24,000 nt of DNA from Ectothiorhodospiraceae bacterium (GTDB taxonomy: Bacteria; Pseudomonadota; Gammaproteobacteria; Nitrococcales; Halorhodospiraceae). The position numbers and the translations under genes were made by a program. The stretch is taken from positions 1 to 24,000 of the forward strand of contig PUNM01000072.1 of NCBI GenBank assembly GCA_003552625.1, read 5' to 3'. The notes beneath the pieces were generated by a model, which saw nothing but the letters and a program-made list of their open reading frames with translations, had not been told where the DNA came from and did not search any database. The first letter of the stretch is position 1, and the number at the start of each line of letters is the position of its first letter. Below, one piece after another: positions 15,761-24,000 of the stretch.

Positions 15761-18700
15761 CTAAGCTGGAGCTTTTGTACCTGCGAGATGCTCCGCCTGG
15801 TAGCGGCGCAGGAAGTAGTCGATGGTTTCGGTGCGGATCTGGATCGATCCGCTCGGCCGGTTCTCGTCCAAGTCCTTGAAACAAAAGTACGGCGTGCCGG
15901 ACTGCTCGATAATCGCCTCGATGGTGGCGTAGATCGGGGCGTCGTGGCCGCACTTGAAGTTCGACAGCTCCACCGCGACCAGGTTGGGGTGGCGCGCGAT
16001 GAACTTCGCAGCCCACAGCTTGCGTGAGCTGTGCTCGGAGAAATCGTGCTTCCAGACATCGTCAATCGCCAGGGCGGACGAGATCCAGCCCGCGCGCACC
16101 TCGGCGCCGAAGAGCCGCTCCAGGGTGGCGGCGTCGCGGGGCAGGGCGTCCTGCCAGAAGATGGGATAGCCCTTGCGCTGCAGCTCATCGAGAATACCGT
16201 GATTGATTCCCGGGTCGTTGTGGTAGGGGCGGCCGAGGACGCCGATACCGATCCGTCCCTCTTCCTCGAGCCGGGCCAGGGTCTCCGCCTGGGATGCCTC
16301 AAGCCGCTGATGGAACGCTTCCAGGGCGGCCAGCCCTCGGGCAACAGCCCGTTCGGATTCGGCGAGGCTGATGCCGAACTCCGGCCCCCAGTCGGCGGCC
16401 ATCTGTTCGGCGCAGAGTGAGGGATCGTCAAGATTGACGAGCGTCTTCTTGAACGCCACCCCGTGCTCGGCGAAAAGGTCTCCCTCACGCCGAAAGGCCG
16501 CGTGGGTTGCCTCCGCGGTGCCGGGGACCGTGGGGCAAGCCTGGGAGGCGAGTGTGTCTTCGAGCGCGCTCGGCAGACTCTTGACCATGGGAAAGAAGAT
16601 GTGGGTCAGTGGCCGCCGTGCGTGCTTGCGAAAGAGCAGGTCGTGGACGTGCGGGATGCCCAGCTTGCTTGGGAAGCAGGGATCGATGCTGCCGCGGTTG
16701 GCGCCTCGTCGGTAGAGTTCGGGGTCCGTGGTGTCGGAGAAGACGATCCCCCGATCCGGAATGCCCAGCGCAGCGAAGTAGGCCTGGAAAAACGGGGCGC
16801 AGGCGTAGAGGTTAAGCACCCGCGGCAGCCCGATCCGCGCATTGCGGCGGCGTTCCATCGCTGCGCGACGGCGCGCGCGTCCCGGCCAGAGCGCCTCCAT
16901 GGCGTTGGGTCGGGGAGTGGGGTCCGCCACATTGTCCACTCGCGGTGGCCGGAAAACCTCCCGGGCGGCCTCATCCAGATGGTTGGGGTTACTGGCGGCG
17001 GTCTCGTCGAGCTCCGCCTTGATCCGCTTCATGGAGGCGACGTCTTCCACTTCGCCCTGCTTGCAGGTGGCGACGATAAGGCGTCGGTACCCGGCTGGCA
17101 GTGGGACGGCGGAGTTTGCCGGGGCGCTCTCGGCGGCTGCAGCTGAGTCTCCGGTGGCTACATCGATGAACGTACGTAGGCAGAGATTGCTGCAAAACCG
17201 GCAACGGGTCCGCTCGTCACGGATCGTGTGGTGTTGCAGGCGACGTGCTCGTTCGATGCCGATAAAGCGGCTACGCCGGCCCTCCTGGTGCAGCCGGCGT
17301 GCCTCCAGGGCGGTGCCGATGGCCCCGGACTCGCCGCAGTGGCGGTGGACCTGAATCTCGCAGTCCGCATCGACCCGGGCGAAGCGGTCCTTTAGGTAAT
17401 CCACCTGCGCTTTTACCGCCGCCAGGTTGCGCTGTGTTCCACCCTGGAGAACGAACCGCGTTCCAAGCTCGGCCGGGTTGGGAATCTGAGCCACATAGAG
17501 CCAGATGTTCTTGGGAAGCACCGCAGCCAGGCCGGCAAGGATCTCGGCAGGTTGCCACCCCTTGCGCTGGAAATCGACGATGTCCGACTGGAGGAAGACC
17601 GCGCAGCCGTGATTGAATTCCGGCATCGCCTCGGCACCGAGTGCCACCTCCGCGAAATCGTCGAGTTCAATCCCGAAGGCGCGGGCCGTCGCCTGGAGGA
17701 AATAGCCGTTGCCTGCCGAGCATTGGGTGTTCAGCCGGAAGTCGCGAACCCGACCGTCACGCAGGAACATGAGCTTGATATCCTGCCCGCCGACATCCAC
17801 GATGCAATCCGTTCCCGGGTAGAATTGCTCGCAGGCGTGGGCGTGAGCCACCGTTTCCACCAGGGCCGTATCGCCGTGGAGTACGTCTCGGATGATGTCC
17901 TTGGCGTAGCCGGTCGTTCCCACGCCGAGCACCTGAAGTTCTGCACCCTGGCGGGTGACAGCGCTCTCCAGCTCGCCGAGCAGGCCGACTGCGTCTTCGA
18001 TCGGGTTGCCGCCGGAGAGGCGGTAGGCCTTGGCGAGCACCTCTGCATCCGGGCTCAGCAGTACGCCCTTGGTCGATGTCGAGCCGGCATCGATGCCGAT
18101 GTAGGCCTGTACCTGTTCGCCAGGCTGGAAACGTGCCGGCGTCCACGCCGGCGGCTGGTATTGCTCGAGGAAGTCGCGGCGCTCGTCGTCGTCCGCGACG
18201 AGCGGCGCCAGCCCCTCGGAGTGCCCGCGCCGGCGCTGCTCGGCCAGCCAGTGCTGCAGCGCGCCCTGCCCGTGGAAGGCGCCGGCCTCTGGATCCTCAT
18301 CGAGTTCGCTCCGGCCGAACTGAACCGCGCCCAGCGCTGCGAAGTACTGGGCCTGATCCGGGACGGTGATCGCGTCCTCGACCGGCTCGCCGGGCGTTAC
18401 ACCGCGATCCTCCCAAAGGTCGCTGATCTGCTGCCGCCAGCACTCCTGCAGGCCCCGGATGTAGGTGTTGGGGCCGCCGAGCAGCAGGACCCGTGGCCGC
18501 AGCGTGTGTCCGCGGGTGAGCACGGAGAGGTTCTGCTGCACGATCGCCTCGAACAGGGATGCCATCAGGTCCTCGGCCGGGACACCCTGCTTTTGCAGGG
18601 AGTTGATGTCGGTCTCCGCGAAGACACCGCACTTGCCTGCAACCGGGTGCACGGTGTGGCCGTGGTAGCCCATCTCCCCGAGTCGCGCTGGTGGGATGGC

Positions 18701-19165
18701 GAGCTTGGCGGCGATCTTGTCAATGACGGCACCGGTGCCTCCGGCGCACTTGTCGTTCATCGCCGGGATCTTGCGTTTGCCTTGTGGGCCAAGATCCTTG
18801 AAGACAATGATTTTCGCGTCCTGTCCGCCGAGTTCGACCACGCTGCCGATATCCGGGTAGCGGGCCTCCACCGCCATTGAGACGGCGTGCACTTCCTGAA
18901 CGAAACGTGCACCGAGCGCCCGGGCCACGCCCCCGCCTCCCGAGCCGGTGGTAAACAGGCGCATGGGTCGCTGCGGTGCCTGGGTCCGAACAGCGGATTC
19001 GATCCGCTCCAGGAAGTCCTGCACCGTTTCCAACTGCCGCGTCTCATGGCGTTGGTAGTCCTGCCAGAGGAGCGCGTCGTCGCGTGGGTCGAACACGACG
19101 GCCTTGACCGTCGTCGAGCCGACGTCGAGCCCGATGATGACGGGATCCTGGTTAACGGCCGACAT
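15761..19165 (-). CDS. fusion protein: two tandem HgdC/BcrAD-BadFG-type activase ATPase domains, a Cys-rich linker and a dehydratase-like (DUF2229-type) domain
   Basis: ORF 15761..19177 (-). The start is set at ATG 19165 (MSAVNQ...), with GAGG 6 nt upstream. ATPase domain 1 (approx. nt 18308-19141) has GLDVGSTTVK, ELGGQDAK, NDKCAGGTG and GKCGVFAE. ATPase domain 2 (approx. nt 17294-18109) has GIDAGSTSTK, DVGGQDIK, NTQCSAGNG and NHGCAVFLQ. The linker CRFCSNLC...ATC lies at approx. nt 17063-17203. The C-terminal domain (approx. nt 15803-16837) has IGLPRVLNLY, DPCFPSK and FKCGHDAP. Confidence 0.85.
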   Translation of the reverse strand: MSAVNQDPVIIGLDVGSTTVKAVVFDPRDDALLWQDYQRHETRQLETVQDFLERIESAVRTQAPQRPMRLFTTGSGGGGVARALGARFVQEVHAVSMAVEARYPDIGSVVELGGQDAKIIVFKDLGPQGKRKIPAMNDKCAGGTGAVIDKIAAKLAIPPARLGEMGYHGHTVHPVAGKCGVFAETDINSLQKQGVPAEDLMASLFEAIVQQNLSVLTRGHTLRPRVLLLGGPNTYIRGLQECWRQQISDLWEDRGVTPGEPVEDAITVPDQAQYFAALGAVQFGRSELDEDPEAGAFHGQGALQHWLAEQRRRGHSEGLAPLVADDDERRDFLEQYQPPAWTPARFQPGEQVQAYIGIDAGSTSTKGVLLSPDAEVLAKAYRLSGGNPIEDAVGLLGELESAVTRQGAELQVLGVGTTGYAKDIIRDVLHGDTALVETVAHAHACEQFYPGTDCIVDVGGQDIKLMFLRDGRVRDFRLNTQCSAGNGYFLQATARAFGIELDDFAEVALGAEAMPEFNHGCAVFLQSDIVDFQRKGWQPAEILAGLAAVLPKNIWLYVAQIPNPAELGTRFVLQGGTQRNLAAVKAQVDYLKDRFARVDADCEIQVHRHCGESGAIGTALEARRLHQEGRRSRFIGIERARRLQHHTIRDERTRCRFCSNLCLRTFIDVATGDSAAAAESAPANSAVPLPAGYRRLIVATCKQGEVEDVASMKRIKAELDETAASNPNHLDEAAREVFRPPRVDNVADPTPRPNAMEALWPGRARRRAAMERRRNARIGLPRVLNLYACAPFFQAYFAALGIPDRGIVFSDTTDPELYRRGANRGSIDPCFPSKLGIPHVHDLLFRKHARRPLTHIFFPMVKSLPSALEDTLASQACPTVPGTAEATHAAFRREGDLFAEHGVAFKKTLVNLDDPSLCAEQMAADWGPEFGISLAESERAVARGLAALEAFHQRLEASQAETLARLEEEGRIGIGVLGRPYHNDPGINHGILDELQRKGYPIFWQDALPRDAATLERLFGAEVRAGWISSALAIDDVWKHDFSEHSSRKLWAAKFIARHPNLVAVELSNFKCGHDAPIYATIEAIIEQSGTPYFCFKDLDENRPSGSIQIRTETIDYFLRRYQAEHLAGTKAPA

Positions 19166-20873
19166 GGGAAGCCTCATCGTGGGCTTGGGTCAGGGGGGTG
19201 GGGCCACGCTGCCGGTGGCCGTGGTTGGCCCGCAGCCGCGCGACGTGGTGCACGAAACGGGCTGCCCGGCTTATGACTTCCCCGTGACGGGGAATCGGGT
19301 AGAGCGGGCTGCGCAGCCGGGGGTGCACCGCGATCCAGCGCTGCAGCTCATCGACTTCCAGGCCCGTCCGGCGCAAGGCTTCCTGCAGCTCCCGGCGGGC
19401 GCTCTCGCGCGCTTCGCCCAGGGCCATCTGGACCCGGGAGTAGGCGTTGATCTCCCCCTCGCCAGCCGTCTCTACGGGCAGGAAACGGATCTCTGGGTAG
19501 TCGGCCTGAACCGCTGCCTGCGCACCGTCGGACTGAGTGGAGGGCATGCACCCAAACGGTTTGAGCGAGAGCGTCATGTGGGCAAGCCGATGGCGGTGGT
19601 AATAGAGGGTCTTGGCGACCTCCAGGTGCCCCTCCCCCCCGGTGATCCGAGGGTTGTAGTAGGGTCGGCCGAGGCGCTCCAGGGTGCGCTGGTCGGTGAG
19701 CGGAGCTGCGCAGTCCCCCAGGGCGCGCCGCATTCGGTCGTACTCCCGGTGAAGCAGGTCGCCGACGCGGTCGATCAGCCAGTGTCGGACCCGGTCGCCG
19801 ATGCGCTGGCGCCAGCGGCCCGTCCCGGACCGGCCTGCACGCCGCTCCTCCAGCTGATGGTGGAGGCCGTGACGCATGTAATCGACCCATCCGGCCACCG
19901 GCTCCACCTGGATCTCCGCCCCTTCGTCCTCAAGAAAGCGGAACATACGGAAGTTGCCGTCTCCCTCGGTGGTCTGGGCCCAGAACTCCCCCGTGATCTT
20001 GACCAAAGGCCGGGGGCGCAGGTAATCGATTTCAAAGCCGCGTTCGATCAGTCCTCGGCACGTTTCCAGCGCGTCGATGCATCGCCGGTCGCGGAGCCGA
20101 TCCAGCAGGCGGGCGGCGTCCGCAGGGTCGCGCAGCGGTGTGGCACGGTGGAGCAGGTAGGCCAGCGCGCCGGGCTTCGGCTCCGGGCGCGGTCGGGCCA
20201 GGGCGTCCTCACAGGTCTCCAGGCACCGTTCCCGGGTGGCCGCGACCGCTTCGGGATCGACGGCATAAGGCCGGGCGCGGTGGAAGACCGCATTGAGGTT
20301 GTCGGCGGTCAGCAGCGCATCCAGGACCGCCAGGTAGAGCCCCAAATGGATGGACAGGCCGTTGCCGTGTCCGTCCTCCGGGTGTCCATCGCCACCGCCC
20401 TTCTTGTCGAAGGCGATGACTCGAAAACCCGGGAAACCGGCCTTTGCCAGAGCCTGCCGGTATTCCGCCTCATACATCCCGAACCGGCAGGGCCCGCAGG
20501 AGCCCGGGATGACGAATGCGTAGCGCTCCGCGGCCTGGGCGCGGCTCAGTCCGCGTTCCTGGCATCGGCGCTCTAAGTGATTGAGCAGCGATCCGGCGAC
20601 GAAATAGATCGGGTTGCACTGCCCGGTATTGCAAAGCTCGCGGCCCCGCTGCAGGTCGGCGCGCTGGGGCATCGGAATGGCCTCGGCATGATAGCCGAGG
20701 CCACGCAGGGAAGCCGTGAGCAGTCGGTCGTGAGCCTCACTCAGGCTGCCGAACAGCAGCGTGACAGACTCCCGCTCTGCGCGCGTGAACGGGCGCTCCG
20801 CCGCCCGGCGGTAGTGGTTTCCACCGTGCGCGGGGGAGCGGGCAGGGCAAGGGTGGTCGTTATCGACTGCCAT
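19152..20873 (-). CDS. 2-hydroxyacyl-CoA dehydratase / benzoyl-CoA reductase-like Fe-S subunit (activase-related protein family)
   Basis: 573 aa. The N-terminal FTRAERESVTLLFGSLSEAH..LRGLGYHAEAIP....GRELCNTGQCNP pattern, GSCGPCRFG and KPFGCMP are typical of the second dehydratase-like domain in large activase fusions. The gene overlaps the downstream gene by 14 nt. There is no obvious SD before the ATG at 20873. Confidence 0.75.
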   Translation of the reverse strand: MAVDNDHPCPARSPAHGGNHYRRAAERPFTRAERESVTLLFGSLSEAHDRLLTASLRGLGYHAEAIPMPQRADLQRGRELCNTGQCNPIYFVAGSLLNHLERRCQERGLSRAQAAERYAFVIPGSCGPCRFGMYEAEYRQALAKAGFPGFRVIAFDKKGGGDGHPEDGHGNGLSIHLGLYLAVLDALLTADNLNAVFHRARPYAVDPEAVAATRERCLETCEDALARPRPEPKPGALAYLLHRATPLRDPADAARLLDRLRDRRCIDALETCRGLIERGFEIDYLRPRPLVKITGEFWAQTTEGDGNFRMFRFLEDEGAEIQVEPVAGWVDYMRHGLHHQLEERRAGRSGTGRWRQRIGDRVRHWLIDRVGDLLHREYDRMRRALGDCAAPLTDQRTLERLGRPYYNPRITGGEGHLEVAKTLYYHRHRLAHMTLSLKPFGCMPSTQSDGAQAAVQADYPEIRFLPVETAGEGEINAYSRVQMALGEARESARRELQEALRRTGLEVDELQRWIAVHPRLRSPLYPIPRHGEVISRAARFVHHVARLRANHGHRQRGPTPLTQAHDEASHVGR

Positions 20874-20912
20874 ACGCGATCGACGATCTGCCGTGTCGCG
20901 GGATCCTGATTG

Positions 20913-20942
20913 AATCTAAACCTTGACCCCGATGTGCATCAA
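20913..20942 (-). promoter_or_regulatory. candidate promoter with an FNR/CRP-family-like half-palindrome upstream of the 573-aa gene
   Basis: Minus strand reads TTGATG (20942-20937), an 18-nt spacer, then TAGATT (20918-20913), in the only AT-rich patch of this intergenic region. The TTGATgcacATCgg sequence (20942-20929) matches TTGAT-N4-ATCAA at 8 of 10 positions. Confidence 0.25.
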
Positions 20943-20964
20943 ATGATTCGGCGCGACGGATTGT

Positions 20965-20999
20965 CCGCTGCCGGGGCCAAATGCGCCGCCCGGCAGCGG
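20965..20999 (-). terminator. strong stem-loop immediately downstream of dapE (terminator or attenuator without a U-tract)
   Basis: CCGCTGCCGGG (20965-20975) and CCCGGCAGCGG (20989-20999) form a perfect 11-bp GC-rich stem with a 13-nt loop. It starts 5 nt after the dapE stop codon. Confidence 0.5.
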
Positions 21000-21004
21000 A
21001 ATGG

Positions 21005-22135
21005 CTACTGCGCGAGGAGGCGGTGCAGGATGTCGAAGTAGAGCGCTTCGAGGGTCTCCAGGTCGGCGACAGCAACGCGCTCGTTCGCCTTGTGAATCGT
21101 GGCGTTGAGCGGGCCCAGTTCAACGATTTCGGCTCCGGTGGGTCCCATGAAGCGACCGTCGGAGGTCCCTCCGCTGGTAGAGCGGCGCGGCCGGCAGCCA
21201 GTGCGCTCGGTGACCGCCGCCTCAACGGCCTGGATCAGGGCGCCGCTGCGGGTGGCGAAGGGCCCGCCGGAGTGGCGCCAGCGCAGGGTGTGGGATAACC
21301 CGTGTCCTTCGAGCAGGTTGCTCACGCGTTGCTGCAGGAGTTCCGCCGAGACTGCCGGGGCGTAGCGGAAGTTGAAGACGACCTCCAGGTTTCCAGGGAT
21401 GACGTTATCGGCTCCCGTACCCGCTTGCAGATTGACGATCTGGAAGCTGGTCGGGGGGAAGTCGGCATCCCCCTGGTCCCACTCCGTGGCAATCAGTTCG
21501 GCCAGGGCGGCCGTCGCCCGGTGCACTGGGTTGTCGGCCAGGTGAGGGTAGGCGACGTGGCCCTGCTCTCCATGCACCGTGAGGAATCCGGTCAGGGAGC
21601 CGCGACGGCCGACTTTGTACTCATCGCCCAGCCGATCCTGGCTGCTGGGCTCGCCGACCAGGCAGTACTCGATCGCATCGCCGCGTTGTGTCAGATGCTT
21701 GACGACATGCCGGGTGCCGTCCACGGCGGGCCCCTCCTCGTCGCTGGTCAGAAGCAGCGCGATTGATCCGCGATGCTCCGGGAACGCCTCGACGAACCGC
21801 TCCGCGGCAACCACGAAAGCGGCAACGCTACCCTTCATGTCCGCAGCCCCCCGTCCGAACAGGTAGCCGTCCTCGACGATGGGCTGGAAAGGGGGGTGGT
21901 CCCAGGCCGACTCCGGGCCGCTGGGCACGACATCGGTATGGCCGAGGAAGCAGAACAGCGGCTCCTGACGGCCCCGGCGCAGCCAGAGGTTCGTGACGCC
22001 GTTCGAGGGCAGCCACTCCGGTTGAAATCCCTTGCTTGCTAGCCGCTCGGCGATCCGGGTCTGGCAGCCGGCGTCCTCAGGCGTGACCGAGGGGCGGCCG
22101 ATTAGCTCGCGGGCAAGCTCAACCGTCGCGTTCAC
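21005..22135 (-). CDS. dapE: succinyl-diaminopimelate desuccinylase
   Basis: 376 aa with a GTG start that overlaps the dapD stop (GTGA). M20 peptidase/DapE motifs are present: [37 protein letters not shown] and GGTSDGRF. Confidence 0.93.
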   Translation of the reverse strand: MNATVELARELIGRPSVTPEDAGCQTRIAERLASKGFQPEWLPSNGVTNLWLRRGRQEPLFCFLGHTDVVPSGPESAWDHPPFQPIVEDGYLFGRGAADMKGSVAAFVVAAERFVEAFPEHRGSIALLLTSDEEGPAVDGTRHVVKHLTQRGDAIEYCLVGEPSSQDRLGDEYKVGRRGSLTGFLTVHGEQGHVAYPHLADNPVHRATAALAELIATEWDQGDADFPPTSFQIVNLQAGTGADNVIPGNLEVVFNFRYAPAVSAELLQQRVSNLLEGHGLSHTLRWRHSGGPFATRSGALIQAVEAAVTERTGCRPRRSTSGGTSDGRFMGPTGAEIVELGPLNATIHKANERVAVADLETLEALYFDILHRLLAQ

Positions 22136-22953
22136 GGGCGAAGCAGCTCGTTGATGCCGACTTTGGAGCGGGTCTTGTCGTCGGCGTACTTGATAATGAC
22201 GGCGCAGTATAGGCTGTGGCTCCCGTCATCGGCCGGAAGGCTACCGGGGACGACCACGGCCCCTTCCGGGACACGCCCGAAGTGGACTTCGCCGGTAGTG
22301 CGGTCGAAGATCTTGGTGCTCTGGCCAATGTAGACGCCCATCGAGATCACTGCTCCGCGGCCAACGGTAACGCCCTCGACGATCTCGGAGCGGGCACCGA
22401 TGAAGCACTCATCCTCGACGATGGTTGGGTTGGCCTGCAGTGGTTCGAGCACGCCGCCGATGCCGACGCCGCCGGAGAGGTGAACGTTCTTGCCGATCTG
22501 GGCGCAGGAACCGACGGTTGCCCAGGTGTCGACCATAGTGCCGCGATCGACGTAAGCGCCGATGTTCACGTACGAGGGCATGAGCACCACGCCGGGGGCA
22601 ATGTAGCTGCCACGACGGGCGGCCGCCGGCGGGACAACACGGACCCCCGAGTCGCGCAGGGCGTCTTCGCCCCAGTCGGCGAACTTCATCGGAACCTTGT
22701 CGAAGAAGTTCGTCACGCCGCCGCGCATCAGGCGGTTGTCATTGAGCCGGAAAGAGAGAAGCACGGCCTTCTTGAGCCACTCGTTGACCTGCCAGCCATC
22801 GGGGCCGGGTTCGGCAACCCGTGCTTCGCCGGCGTCGAGCATGCGCATGACGGCCTCGACCGCTTCGCGCACGTCCGCCGGTGCGTCGTTGGGGTTGATG
22901 TCGGCCCGGTTCTCGAAGGCCCGCTCGATGACGGACTGAATATCGTTGCTCAT
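22132..22953 (-). CDS. dapD: 2,3,4,5-tetrahydropyridine-2,6-dicarboxylate N-succinyltransferase
   Basis: Colinear with E. coli DapD from [19 protein letters not shown] to INELLR. Conserved blocks include [23 protein letters not shown] and [17 protein letters not shown]. The start is set at ATG 22953 rather than GTG 22971, by alignment to the E. coli N-terminus. Confidence 0.95.
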   Translation of the reverse strand: MSNDIQSVIERAFENRADINPNDAPADVREAVEAVMRMLDAGEARVAEPGPDGWQVNEWLKKAVLLSFRLNDNRLMRGGVTNFFDKVPMKFADWGEDALRDSGVRVVPPAAARRGSYIAPGVVLMPSYVNIGAYVDRGTMVDTWATVGSCAQIGKNVHLSGGVGIGGVLEPLQANPTIVEDECFIGARSEIVEGVTVGRGAVISMGVYIGQSTKIFDRTTGEVHFGRVPEGAVVVPGSLPADDGSHSLYCAVIIKYADDKTRSKVGINELLRP

Positions 22954-23036
22954 GATCGGGGTCGGCTCCACTGCTCTAGCAATGCGTTGGGTGTCGCCCC
23001 ATTACGGGGCTCTGCCGCAAGGGGCACGGGCGGGGA

Positions 23037-24000
23037 TTATCCACCGCCGTACTCTCGGGTGACAAACCGTTTTATCCGTTCGGCCGCTTCGCAGCACGTC
23101 GCCAGGTCGGGGACCAAGGCGATGCGAACCCGGCCGGCGCCGGGATTTGCGCCCCGTTGTTCGCGCGCAAGGTAGCTGCCGGGGAGTACGGTGACATTCT
23201 CCTCTTCCCACAGGCGTCGCGCGAAGGTCTCATCGTTCACTGGCGTTTTCGGCCAAAGGTAGAAGCCCGCTTCCGGGCGTTGGAGTTCATCGAGACACGT
23301 TCCGAGGGTCGCGCTGAAGGCGTCGAACCGCTCGCGATAGCGCTCCCGCACGGCGGCGACATGCTGCTCATCGGACCATGCGGCAACGCTTGCCTGCTGG
23401 ACGTGTAGGGGCAGGGCGCAGCCCTGATAGGTCCGGTAGCGCAGGAAGGCGTGGATCAGTCCCGGGTCGCCGGCAACAAATCCGGAGCGCAGGCCCGGGG
23501 CCGAGGATCGCTTTGACAGGCTGTGAAAGACGATACAGCGGCGGAAATCATCCCGCCCCTGTTGGTGGCAGATTTCCAGCAGCCCGGGCGGGGGGGAGGC
23601 CTCGTCGGTATAGATTTCCGAATAGCACTCGTCGGCGGCGATGATGAAGCCGTGGCGATCGCTGAGCTCGAGAAGTTGACGGTAGTATTCGGCATCGGCG
23701 ACCGCCCCGGTCGGGTTCGCCGGACTGGTGATGTAGAGAAGCTGGACGCGCCGCCAGGCCTGGTCATCCAGGCTCTCCAGGTCCGGCAGCCCGGTGGCCG
23801 GGTCCACGGCCAGGTACAGTGGGCGTGCGCCGGCAAGCAGGGCCGCTCCTTCGTAGATCTGGTAGAAGGGGTTGGGCATAGCCACGTGGGGTCGACCCCG
23901 GCCGACCACCGTCTGGGCGATCGCGAAGAGCGCCTCCCGTGTGCCGGCGACAGGCAGGCAATGGATCTCGGGATCGACGGCGTGATCCGGTAGGTTGAAT
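23037..24000 (-). CDS. dapC: succinyldiaminopimelate transaminase (class I/II aminotransferase), 5' end beyond the window
   Basis: The track ORF 23037..23909 stays open upstream to the window edge (hand translation ...FNLPDHAVDPEIHCLPVAGTREALFAIAQTVVGRG...). The PLP-lysine motif FHSLSKRSSAPGLRSGF is typical of DapC. It lies in dapC-dapD-dapE order. Confidence 0.8.
   Translation of the reverse strand, partial: FNLPDHAVDPEIHCLPVAGTREALFAIAQTVVGRGRPHVAMPNPFYQIYEGAALLAGARPLYLAVDPATGLPDLESLDDQAWRRVQLLYITSPANPTGAVADAEYYRQLLELSDRHGFIIAADECYSEIYTDEASPPPGLLEICHQQGRDDFRRCIVFHSLSKRSSAPGLRSGFVAGDPGLIHAFLRYRTYQGCALPLHVQQASVAAWSDEQHVAAVRERYRERFDAFSATLGTCLDELQRPEAGFYLWPKTPVNDETFARRLWEEENVTVLPGSYLAREQRGANPGAGRVRIALVPDLATCCEAAERIKRFVTREYGGG

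Noticed and set aside
15400-20576. Long alternate-frame or antisense ORFs over the Fe-S enzyme operon (15400..16488, 16463..17146, 17552..18880, 19104..20576).
   Set aside because: They overlap the 1134-aa and 573-aa genes, which carry clear ATPase and Cys motifs. Their own translations are Arg/Pro/Ala-rich with no motifs. They are high-GC artefacts.

Overview
This is a high-GC gammaproteobacterial chromosome segment. It probably comes from a halophilic purple sulfur bacterium of the Ectothiorhodospiraceae (Halorhodospira-like). That placement is an inference from a photoactive yellow protein gene and very acidic proteins. The core is a housekeeping backbone in the same order I recall from Pseudomonas and E. 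coli: smpB, ratA-rnfH, bamE, fur, recN-nadK, hrcA-grpE-dnaK-dnaJ-dapB. Both ends of the backbone carry non-backbone genes. On the left, between ssrA (tmRNA) and smpB, sit an internally deleted EAL remnant, a stand-alone pyp gene, a GAF-PAS-GGDEF diguanylate cyclase and a DCC-family thiol oxidoreductase. On the right, between dapB and dapE-dapD-dapC, sit a 59-aa YegP-like ORF that the ORF track misses and a translationally coupled two-gene operon of about 5.1 kb. That operon encodes a BCR/HAD-type ATP-driven Fe-S enzyme system (a tandem-activase fusion plus two dehydratase-like domains) of unknown substrate. It is my best candidate for an undescribed system, and the pyp / c-di-GMP cluster is second. 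I saw no CRISPR array, transposase, integrase, rRNA or tRNA. Many long ORFs in the track are antisense or alternate-frame artefacts of the high GC content. All homology calls come from motif recognition by eye, not from searches.
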